A DNA stretch of 64,000 bases from Balanoglossus misakiensis (taxonomy: Eukaryota > Animalia > Hemichordata): NCBI GenBank assembly GCA_040954595.2, contig CM082583.2:10677656-10741655 (forward strand), written 5' to 3'. The stretch's first letter is position 1; the number at the start of each line of letters is the position of its first letter. Shown piece after piece: positions 1-12,439 of this stretch. A program made the position numbers and the translations under genes. The notes below the pieces were generated by a model, which was not told the origin of the DNA, did not search any database, and saw only the letters and a program-made list of their open reading frames with translations.

Positions 1-3000
1 AGTATGCTATTTAAAGTAATACTTCAACGTTTGGAGTGAGTCATTCCAAATACAGCTTATGGAGTGCGCTGGTTATTGTGTCTTGATGGGGAACACATGC
101 TGATCTCCATGACTTCAGTAGATACATATAGCTTGATGCCATGTAAGGGATATACTCCGAACGTCAACCTCCCCTCTTGGTGCTTTTACATATTTTTGCA
201 GATATGTGTATTGGCCACATTTGTGTATCATTATAGTATTTTTATGGTGCCTTTGGTACACATTTTATTTGTGAAGTTCGGAGTGTGATGTTATGTACGA
301 GTCATTTCAGCAGAAATTTCACCTTGGAATCTTGATGAACAGGAAAGTATTTGGTTTTTGGGTAGGAGGCACCTTGACATATCAATATTTCCTGTCATGT
401 ATTTCCTTCACTTTTGGTGAAGGCTGTCTGATTGCATCAGATATGCTTTGGTGTCTCTGTTTGCACCTATCTACAGTAATGTTGATGTTATTTTATGTTT
501 TCTTTTAGTCCAGGTAACTAGTCTGGCAAGTAAACTGAAGGAATAATGGCAAGGGCCTGACCATGAAATGTTTATTTATGGGTAAGGGCAAGAGGAAAGC
601 CCAGAATTAACGGGCAAGGTGGAGCCGGGCACATCATTTGGTTTTTCCTCTCGCCCAAACCCATAAATAAGCATTAATGGCCAGCGTGCATGCAGGCCTT
701 TATTCCCATTATAATACCAACAAACCAAAGGAAATTCTTTGGATGAAAATTTTGGATGCAAGAGACTGTACCATACATGGAACAAGGGGCAGATAATTTA
801 TGTGCCCTGTCTGTGCATGACACAACTTCAATGATCAGATCACACTCAAATCTGTTTACATGGGATGTCTCTTTATTTGTACAAGTAAAGGAGACCCTTT
901 TTTATTTAGTAAATAAATTTCCTGTTAAACAAATCTGATGATGGCGCCCGGCCCTTTATATCCGAGGGTACAAGTTGTCAAATCATGGTATCAAAATACA
1001 AAGTGACACTTCTTGTATTGGAACCGTTACGTCCCTAGACTGCTTTTGCGATAGTACAAAAATCAAGCGTTGAAAAGAAATTATTGATATGTCATAAGTA
1101 ACAGTTATACAGAATTGGCTATAATCCAAAGTTTGAACGTTTCGAACATGAATCAAAGTCACACTGATCAAAACCTGAGAACTGTTATGACCTTATGGTT
1201 GTCAATTTGTGGGCTATATGTCTTCTCCAGTATTTTGTTCTTCCCATAAAATTGGGAACCCAGGAAGTTTGAGATCAATGGTTAATGTCCTCCTTGCCTC
1301 TTAACATTTACCAAAAGACTCAAAATCAACAAATCTTTGTAAATATTACCTCAGCTCTGGTTATTTATCGGCATTTTATAACCCCAGTTCTACCCATAGC
1401 CGTAAATTTCACTCGTAGTTAGTCTGCGAGCGAGGAGAGTTTGTGAGTTGTGAAGTAGTCTTGCATTTAGCCATAATTTTGACTTCATAAAACCTGAAGT
1501 TGACAGTGTTGTTCATGTCTCTTTATTTTTTCCGTTAGGTAGGCAGCACTTTCATATCAACCAGTCATATTTCTCACTTCAAACAAAAGAAAACAAAACT
1601 GCTACCGTATTAAGGGAAGAAGACCCTAAGAATTTAATAGATGATTAATCTTCTTTATGTATCAACAGTTCTAGGTTGACCATTGACTGGTATGGTTCAA
1701 GTCCATGCATAAAAAATGCAAGTTTATAAAGTTTTGTGAGGCACCTCCTACAACTGTACACATTGTTCTGTTCAGCAAGCAGTGACTTGGCTTGATTGAA
1801 AAGTGTAAAGTTGCATTTGGAGCTTGTACATATGGTGCGATCAAAGTCAACTCGTATGCATGCAAGATGCAGACTTATAGTGATAGAAATCCTGCTGTGT
1901 CATCTCTACTTGAGAGTTTTGGGCGTCCTCTTGGGAGAGGTGATGTATTTCCCATGATTCCCATCTTACTTGATCTCACCGTTTTCATTTGATATCTAAA
2001 GTGGATGCGTAGCTGAGTTTCTCCGAATTTGTATGGATGGTGCAACATTGGCAGTGCATACAGTCTGTGGCATATTAGCATCTGGTCACTTTGGAGTGCG
2101 TCCAGTGGTACTGGTACTCAAAGAATCAGAAAATTCAGATCATGAAATGGCTTAGTAATACACATGTAATAACTCATCTTCTTTAAGACTGTCACCTCTA
2201 TCTGTAAACAGGTTACACATTTTATTGCTTATCCTCCCAGAGTTTATGAAGTTTCAACAGCCTGTTGATGTCATCGTTGATTTTTATTGGAAGACTGTTG
2301 GCAATCGTGACCTCAGCATGTGACAAGTTAGTTTCTGACTGGTTTGAGATGCGTTTGTGTCTTCTGTCCAGCGTCTCGGACATTCCGTGATCGACAAAGG
2401 TCACATCCGCTACAAGATTACTGTTTATATTACCTCGGTTCAAAGGCTGAGCAGACAGCTAGTGTTATTGCTGTATGGCAAATGTTTTGACAAATGGGTT
2501 GGATTGAATTTTAATTTACAAGTTGCAGGGGGTTAATGCAATTGCTGGATTTTCATGCTCGGGATTGGAAGTGTTACTGCTGATCTTAGAGAGAGAGTCG
2601 AACTCCATACTGCGTTACGAGCTTTCCGTACAGTCACGTGTAACGCGAAAGTGTTTAATAGCAGCGTACAACAGGGAGTTGATATCCAGGTATTGTAGAC
2701 ATCCTTCTCTAAGCTTTATGCCCTGTAGGCTGTAGTGTTTGCTGCACAAGACAGTGTCAAATTCTGTGGGTTTATCTTGCCAGTAACAAGCAGTATACAT
2801 ACGTTAGCAGTTTTCCAAATGCTGTTTGTTTTTGTCTCTTATTTCTGCCTGTCATTTTCATAATCAATTTGAACAAAGATGAATAAATGTTTTATATTTA
2901 ATCTAGGATATCAAATAATGCACGCTGTAATAATCATATCTGTAGAAATTCATTGTGGCTTGTGCCAATAGAGATGTACCAATTAAGCAGATGAAGCTTT

Positions 3001-6000
3001 TTCAGGTGTCTGTTTTTCAGCTGATTCTGCAAGTTGATTCCACTGAACATGAGAAAAACTACAGCTTCATTGGCTCTGAGATTCCCTTTTCTGCTGCTAG
3101 GAAACGGTTCCTGAAATTGCTTGTTGGGTAGCTCCAATGAATTCCAAATCATACGGATCAATATCTGTGTAATGGATCTGGGTTATCAGGGTGTCAAACA
3201 GGTCTGCAATACAAACCTGCAGGTGATATTGATTCCTGTGTTTACCTCTGTGGTGGTCTGATCATCATGATCTGCCAGGTTTAACAAAATCGTGAATAGC
3301 TGAATTTAGGAAAATGAGAGACTAAGAGTTGGCTATCTGGCACGTGTGAGGGAGTTTTGTTGCCAAGATATTCTGTATTAGTTGTGACTGTTGCTTGCTG
3401 ATTGCGATGTTAAGTACATGCAATCAACTGTTAGAAGCTGGGTTAAAAAAATGCTTTATTGAAAGCTTAGAAATACAACCACCGATATTCTTTTGAAGAA
3501 AAATTCTCATATTTGTGTCAATTTTTGTTTGTTAGATCATATATTTGTTTATTTATTTGATGGGTCCAATAACAAACGCCAAAAATACATTAACCACAAA
3601 TGTACAGAGGTTCCAGTTTAATACGGGAATGATTTAAAGGCAATAAAAAGAACTGCACTAATTCGCCGTACATATTTTCAGCAGAGCTGATGGTATAGGC
3701 AGTGGGAAAGGCATCAGCTGAAGGTAGAGGGCTTTACGAAGAAAAGGTCAATATAAGGTAAATCTACCCAGTGGAGAATTGCTTGACTTCTCTGAGTCAG
3801 TGACGCAATAATGTGATGACGGTTATCTTGGCTAAACGCTGACGTCAAACCATGTGAATTGACACAGCGCTGTAACTGCGAAAATCCCCCTCTAGCTTCC
3901 ATTCTCCAAGGGTGAATCTCATTATTGACAGGCCATGCATTTGCGAAATTTCAGATTGTCCATTAAATGTCAGCGTTCCCTGTGAAGTCGGCCGGGTTTT
4001 CCCAGAAATTAGCTTTGTTACATGACATGTTGTGGAGACAGAGAGAAAGGCGATCAAAAATCGTCAGAGAGAGAGAGTCAGACACGAGTGATGTCTTTGT
4101 CCTGTGAAGTATTATGCCTGGCAGGACTGTGATAGAGAATATTGCAGCATAGCATTTACAGTTGGGGACAATCCAATATATGCCTGGCTAATGGCCATCA
4201 ACATGTATGAAATGTGTATACAGCGATCAATAACACACTTTTTGTGGGCCTAAGTATTGAGCCTAAGCAATAATGTGTGGAAAACAAAACATGTTTGTGT
4301 GATTTTTTTCCCCCGAGATTGCTATTGGAATCTATTGAGTTATTTATTTGTATTTGATATAAAACTGAAAATAAATGCCCTCATCCTTGTGTTGATACAA
4401 AGTCTGTGAGATTGAAATTTCAAGAACATGGTCGACTCGTTATCATTGTCAATTTGTCCTCTGATTTTAACAGAAACTGATTCTTTAAAATAAAAGCTGA
4501 ATGGGTTTCTGGCAATTCTTTTATGCCAACCTTTTACTTTTTATATTGTAATTGGTAAATTTCTTGCATCACCAGTAATTTTATCGTGTGTCATTGACAG
4601 CACGTCATATTGGTTTAGAGGGCACACTGATGATTGTGATGCGTCCTACATACGTCGGTCACAAGGTTTTCACTTTTGTTTGGTCATCCCTAAAATTGGC
4701 CAGATGTTGTTTTTCGTAAACTATAGCAGTTTCACAATGAGAATAAACAAAAGTACAGTCTTTTCTTGTGATGTATAGTTTTCTGAAAGGTCACTTTGGA
4801 AGCCAGTCAAGATGCCTCATAATCTCAGAAAATATATAATGCACATTCTAATTTATGTAGGATGCCTCCTACATGAGATACCAGATATATATTTGGAAAA
4901 TTGATTTTGACTTTCTTTATTGATAACCATTCCTCTGGGATTGAGGCATTTTAGAATTTGTGAGATTTGAATAATTGCCCCATTTTGCACGTTTTGTTGT
5001 GTTGGGTCACTGATAATTGCCTGTATTTGTACAAATGTTATTATGATCAAAGAACAGTGTAGTGGGATGCATTATCAGATGTCGTGATATGAAGCTTTAA
5101 GTATTGTGACCCACTTTCTCTAGTCAGGAGCCATGTGTTACACCAAGGCAATTGTAAATTCGCTAGTGAAGTGTGTTTCTGAAGGCCATAATGAAATTGT
5201 TTCTGAGGGCATTGTTGCACCGTGACATTTCATACATTATCATCAAACATCAATGGCACTGGGAATGCGGTGTAGTTTGTCTTGCCTGAGTCAATTTCTA
5301 AATCTGTGGAATAGCAAAACCCTGTTTTTCTCATTATATACTTCAGGTTTTAGAGTTTATTTAGTGCATTTTCTCTGAGTTCTGGCAATTTCCAAACCAA
5401 TCCCTGTGAGAATAATTTTACTCTGGAGTAGGTCCCAGTTGAATTTTAACATTATGAACAACATTTTGGTATAAATTATTATGTCTAATAGTATACAGTG
5501 CCCAGGTGCCAGTCATTATGAAATGCAATAACATGAGATGTAATATTATAACTTAATATGTTCCATCTTTATTGTCTATGTCGGGGTTATAGTCATCCAA
5601 GTTAGACATTTTCAGATGACAACTGATTTCCACATTTTGCATCTGTTTTTCTAAGAAATTATTTCTTTTACTATAAATGTCAGTAGATGCCTCAGGGTCT
5701 AGTGTTTGTCTTAGATTTCTAGAGCAGTGCAGTATTGTATGGTATGGTTTGGTTTGGTTCTTGTATAGTTCTAATGCCTTGCGCTATCCAGACTTAACAA
5801 AAATATGTCAGCCTAAAATTTGGACGTTATTCTCCTGGCAGGAACAGTGGGTAGAGTATGTCAGTGTGATTCCTGGTATTCTGAATGATGAACATTATTG
5901 GCTGATGAAAATTAATGCAAGTGTAGCCATCATGTATATTTTACAGTTATGTAATGATAATTGCACTCAAATTTTACATTGTGTTCAATTTCAAGTGACT

Positions 6001-9000
6001 CTCTACTATATACTAATTGTCTATCGACATCTGAGAATCTCAAGTAATAAATTTGCAATAGGATCTTCATTTTCAGAAATGAGTGTCCCTTACATACAAT
6101 GTACTTGTATATGAGGTGCCCCAGGTTTGTTTGGATATCACGATGTTTCTATGAACCGAAGGGGAAGACAGAAGAAGGGAAATGAGAGAAGGGAGAAGGC
6201 AATTATTTCTGAAGAAAATACTTGATCAGCTTGCAGTATAATGAAGCCAGTTGTGATGGTTGCCTTGTTTTCGTCATTCGAAGTAACAGTGACCTTGACT
6301 TCTTGCAATAGGGTCAGTGGGCGTGCTTATTTTGGTCTCCCGCTAGCAAGTATCTCATTAATTAATACAGCGATGTACACCCCGACTTATATAGCCATCT
6401 AGTTGTAATTTGTTTTGGATAATACATGAATATTGGTTAATCACTAGATTAGGTTTGTTAATTTGTTCAGGACAAGATTTACCCTGTTCGTTAAAAAATA
6501 ATGGCGACAACATCTGACAGACTGGAAAAGCTCAAACAGAAAGATGTCTGGATGTCTTAATAGCAGCTATCATTTTCCCTACATATTGTTGTTTCAGTTT
6601 GTATGATGTTGTCTCCAATTAATTAACATTTGCGGTAAATGTAGGAACTTAGTATTTACCCAATCTAGTAATTAACCAATATATTATTCTGTATCTCAAC
6701 ATCAAATGATTTTTCACAAACAGTATAGTAGGTAGCTGTCTGTCAGTCAGTGTATATGGACATCGCAAAGGCCCCGTTTCAAGGGAATATTCTCCGTTAG
6801 AAACTAGTTCTGCAGGAGGCATCCTACATAAAGAGTTTTATTTGTACAGTTTTCAGGTAATTTTGTCACATCTGTCGCACAGAGGTATATGATTATAAAC
6901 CCCAATAAAATATTTTTATTTCTCATTCTCACTAGCATCAGATATAGCCGACAGACTTGAGTCTTTAAAACCGTACATTCAACTGTAAATACATCCCAGA
7001 AAGCTTTGTGACAAGGCTGTACGATTTCATGCTGGGTAGCACTGGAGCCAAGTGACATTTTTCTTTCTGGCATCAATCTTCTGATGCATGATTCTGTTGA
7101 GGAGATCATCTCAGTAGGCGGTCTGAGTTACCATCAGACTGGTATCATCAGCCGGTGACATCATTGCACTGCCGTGTTTCAGGTCATGGATAAACCCAAC
7201 ACAGTGTTGTCCCCATCAGCATGCTATCTTCTTCACGTCACTTCAACCCCTGCTTGTGATAAACCGAGTAATTCACAAAGCAGCGCTTGGATTTTCGGTG
7301 CCCCATTGACAAAGCTTGTTAGCTCTGCTGACTGTGTCACTTCCTATGGAGACTACAAGCGAGTGTTGACAGCGCAACCGAAAAAACCCCAAGATTATCT
7401 ACTTGCATGGAAGCGTGTCTGTTCCCCAGTTGGGGTCCAATCTGTGTCACTACTTCGGCAGGCTTCGGTTCCAGCTATGAAAAATGATACCGTTGGAATT
7501 TCATGGAAATTTTGTTAATAAAACCAAGATGAATAAATCTTTTAATGTTGATGCATATCACAGAGCCCAACATATATGGACATGTATAATGTTTGTAATG
7601 CTACCATGTGACATCTTAAACTTCCTTCCAGGAAATGATGCATAGTATGAAGTGAAATGCTTTTTTTTTCAATGATTTGGACAATCATGCCTAAGTTTAA
7701 ATAGGATACCACAAGAGGAGATATGTGCTTGTACAGTTTGAGAAGCTGAAACTTTTCTGTGGAAAGATTACTGATGAAAATTAGAAGATTTAAAAACTGC
7801 ACCCTTAACCGATGAACACGTGTGTGCATTGTCTTCTTATGAATATAACCGCAGATCAAGTCACGACACAAGAGTTCAACTTTTGATGAAAAATGCTCAG
7901 CATTGTGTTAATTCTCTATACTACTGGTCTCCATAAACAAAGATAAATGGCATTTTTATTATGATCCCTATGCAGCTATTGTTTTCATTGTGAAAACAAT
8001 ACAGAAATGTTCATGTAAAAACTTGCCCCTCTAGGGATAATCGCCTTTATACGCAGGGAATTGGTTTGTGCGTGTTCTTGTTCGTTTGCGGACAGAGAGA
8101 GAAAAACCGGCAGAAGAGTGATGGGAACGTACTTGTCGAAAGATGCCTGACAGCCAATTTTTATGCCCCTCCAATACAGCAGGTTAAATTTCCGCTGCTA
8201 CGAAGGTGACCCCGCTAACAAATTAATATAATGGCTGTCATCAGAAACAAAACACTTTGATACCACTACGTGCATGTGATCATGCCCATCATGCACTGGT
8301 GTTCACATGTGATTATTTAGCGCTATTAACACAAGTGAAAGTTTGCGTTTGTGTACATGTATGGATATGTATGTATAGAGAGCCATTGACGACTCACTGT
8401 GTATAGCAAAGTCTTCAGGTTTGACATCATTCATCCTGTCTCCTTGATTATCAGTGATAAACTGTTTCCTGTCTGAAGAGTTAGTATAATACTTAGCTGT
8501 GTTAGTTTTAGTCTTTTTTGGTGCAGTTGTCATTTCATTGCTCTACCGAAGTTTGTCCCTGAGCAAAACCATTATATAAACATGACTGATTTTTATCAAT
8601 GATGTCACTTTCTTTTGAATCGCATCAAGATTTTTAAAATCAACAATGTCCAAATCATCATTTGAAAATTTGCCTGAACTCTCTGCAATAGATGTGTTTA
8701 GATAATCCAGTTTAAATTTAATCCATGTCAAAATTATTTTCCATAAACCTTGACAGAGCGGGAATTTTTATTATTCCACACTGTATCTGCCATTCAAGAC
8801 TTGATCTAATCCCTGTCAAGGACTGAAGATCATTTGTGAAAGGACTTGCACATGACTTGACATTTACTATGCCTGAATGCCATCATTTGTTCCCTCATCT
8901 TACTGTATTTCTGCCAGTCAACACGATACAGCAACCAGCCTTTCATTTCATGGTACCTATCAGGCCATTAGCAAATTTGACAAATTAAATGGACCCACTT

Positions 9001-11358
9001 TCCCTAATTTTGTTAGTATTTTCACCTCTGACCTCACCACCAGCGAGGCAGACGTAGTTCGCTGTGGATATTATGACTAGCATTCATGGCATAACTGTTG
9101 CAGTGTGCATTGATGGTGTATAATCATCGCCCCAGTAATTCAAAACATATGGGCAAAAAAGTTAATATTTCATATCATAAAGAATGTATGTACTCAGAGT
9201 CAAGTGGTTACAGTTGAAAGTTGTGCAGTGTTTGCTCATGTGAATTAGACTGAAGATTCACTTCACATAGTAATTGACATGTTTCCATCAGAGATTCTTA
9301 AATTTTAATCCATGTTGTACAGAAAATCACAATATTTTCCTGTTGAGAATTCTGAATTAATTCAAGATTAAGATGTTGCGTTTAGAGGACTTCACAATAC
9401 AAGCTCATTTTACTCAATTATACCAGTACTGCGTTTTATGACTAGGAGCCTAGAATTGCTGTGTTTTTTGTCGACTTAACAAAGTGGTTGGTTTGTTTGC
9501 ACAGGAAGCTATATTTTCCAAAGGATAAGTGTATAATGGGTGATTTATTTGAAATTTATTTTTATCAAGATTTTTAGTAGTAGCCTTTGAAATTTGCATT
9601 GATTGTATGTGTCACACACACACAGGTTCATATACTTCCGAGTGTGTGACAAAGGATGAACTGCTAGCACCAAAATTCTGATGTATCCAAACGTTTAATG
9701 TTAACTTCCAGAAGTCTCGTCATTTTACGTATCAACGGATTGTATTTCAACAATTTCAGTCATAGCAGCAGATTCTTCTAACAGCGATTTCCATTGGCAG
9801 TGCCTTGGTGAATTGTATGATGTCCATACAGGCAATAATGTAATACTTAAATATGTATAATTGCTTAGTAACCCATGGCATCTGATGAGGGTATGTGGCC
9901 ATTGCTATAATGGCTGTTATGTTTTCATTTAGATGAAATAAAGCTTTGAATAGATAAACTGGTTTTTGCGTTTCCATGTTGTGTGAACACACCAAGTGAG
10001 TGTAACATTTCCTTCGCCCTAACTTTTTGTGTTTCTATGGAAATAGGGATAAGAAAAAGACTTCCGGAAATGTAGGAGTTTGTTCATTAGAATCTCAATG
10101 GAATATTAATTTTCCTGGCAAAAACAGGAATGCCTGTTATGTCAAGTTCCCATGGAGTTCTGCGGTATTAATTAAGAAAAAGCATCTCTGTGAAATGTCA
10201 TGTTAATATTGTTCATGCAGACCAATTAAATTCAAGAAACGCAGAGTAATTCGACCCCATGTATTAGTTTTAATGACCCATTTATGGAATTCAATGCCCT
10301 GTGTCTGAAAATAAATCAGTTTTAAAGTTCATATCAAAAACTTGCCATGAGAGTACAATTGCATCTTATAAGATTTATGATGAAGGTACCCAGTATTAAA
10401 TCTGCCTACTTTCCATCTCTCTTTTTTGGCTCCACCTGAGTTTAGCAGAACGAAGAAAAGACAGGGTAGAATATAAATTTTGTATAGGCTGGGTAAAAAA
10501 CAACTAATACATGAATGTGTCTTTTGGGATCCATTTGCAAGATTCACTTTCACAAACCTGCAAAATCAGATTCAGACTTTTTATAGAAGGCACTATAATT
10601 GATTGTGTATATCTTCTAAAGAGCATCTCCAGGCAGAATGATTTTGTAATTGCAATTGAATTGAAGTTGATTGCATATTATATGTATCACTGACAAATAA
10701 AAGGAGAAAAAAACATTAAATTGATGTTGATAATATCAAAAGCATTTAGATAGATTTTATCACTAGTACTGTTGGCTAGAATCATGACGAATAAGAATCT
10801 AGAGCTTGTGTGCTCTCTGGTGGTGTTACATTATTTTGTGTGATTTCCATTTCTTCCTTTTTTAAAATTAATTTCAGGTTATAGCTGATTTTGACAAATT
10901 CTTACCAATCTGAAATCTCAAGTGTTATTTAGATACAGCTAAGTGGAAGAGTTCTAATACATGCTGTTCCTTAGGTTACGTTACCTTTAATATGATATTA
11001 ATCCTTTGAGTAAGTGGCCATAGAGGGCAGTATTTTGTGTGTCGCCTGTTTAATGGACAGTTTTCAGCTGGTAGTACATTAAGCGACGTGTATCAGTTTA
11101 CCCTGATACCCAAAGGGAGTTCGCTTGACTGCTTTTCACATCGTCAAACCAAATTTTGCTTTGAAAACCTCAAAAAAGAAGTCATGGTCATCAGCTAACT
11201 TGCCCTTGGCCTCAACTTAAGTAATGGTAGAATTTGATTTGTAAAATTTGATCAACAACACATAGTTGACGCTATCCAATTTTTCTTACAGAAACGTGAA
11301 GTGTTAGTATGAGTTGGGAAAGGAGAAAACCACTGATTTTCATAGTTTTGACAACTTA

Positions 11359-12439
11359 GGGACTGTCCAGAATTTACTTCCAGGGGGGGGCTGGAGGATT
11401 TTCAGGGGGGGCCACCCATTTCCCCCAAGAAAAATTAGGGGGGGTCAGACATAAAAATCACAATCCTTTAGGGGGGCCATGTAAAAAACTCTCACAAACT
11501 CAATATTTGCCCAGAAGTACTGATTTATAAGAAACAAACCACCATGGCTACCTGGATGACAGTGCATTAAATCTTCATAAACTTGAATTTCCGGTAATTT
11601 TTACGGTGGGTTATTTTGTATATCTACTACAGTTTCTTGTTCTACTCTGTGAAGCATAATAAAATGCCCAGTATTTGGCCTGCCAGCACAGACCATAAAT
11701 GTACAGTGAACAGTCAGTGTTGTTACTGTTGACGAGCTCAATTCAAGTCCAGACTAGAATTCGTTAATTTTCTCATCAATCATTCATATATGTATATAAA
11801 AAGTTAATTTGCTTTTGGGTTCATTAAAATGCAGCTTTGAGCTCTGTATTTTATAAAATTTTCTTACAGGGGAGGGGGACACCCCCTCCCAAACCCACCC
11901 CCTTCACTTCTCGGTTTACAATATCTGCCAACACAGAATACAAATACTTAACAAATATAAACAATGTTCAGTTTTAATATCCACTGATGAGGAAAAACAT
12001 CAGTTTCAAATTCTTTTCATGGGAGCGCTGTTTTTCTTTTTTTACAAGATAGATAGGTGATGTGTTTTGCTGTGTGAAAGAAAATGGGGGGTGGGATTTC
12101 AAAATTTTAAGCTGTTCGGAAGGGGGGGATTTGAAAATATTTCGGGTTGTGTACGGGGGGCATGTGAAAATTAACGGTAAAAAAAATTTAATTCTCCCCC
12201 CCCCCTTCCAGAGGTGTTTGTAAATGCAGCCTTATCAGACTGTATGTGTCGTAGTCTGTACCGGTAAGCATGCATGTATATATTGGGGGGGGGGGGGGGG
12301 GTCATGGAAAAAAAACAGGAAATTTACGGGGGGGCCACAGATTTCCTCCACAATTTACAAGGGGGGGCCATGGAAAAAAATCACCAGGAAAATAAGAAAT
12401 CCTCCAGCCCCACCCTGGAAGTAAATTCTGGACAGTCCC
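11359..12439. mobile_element. Non-autonomous PIF/Harbinger-type DNA transposon (MITE-like, 1081 bp)
   Basis: 43-bp terminal inverted repeats GGGACTGTCCAGAATTTACTTCCAGGG(G/T)GGGGCTGGAGGATTT with one mismatch, flanked by a TTA duplication (11356-11358 and 12440-12442). It has subterminal G-runs and no transposase ORF. Confidence 0.88.
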
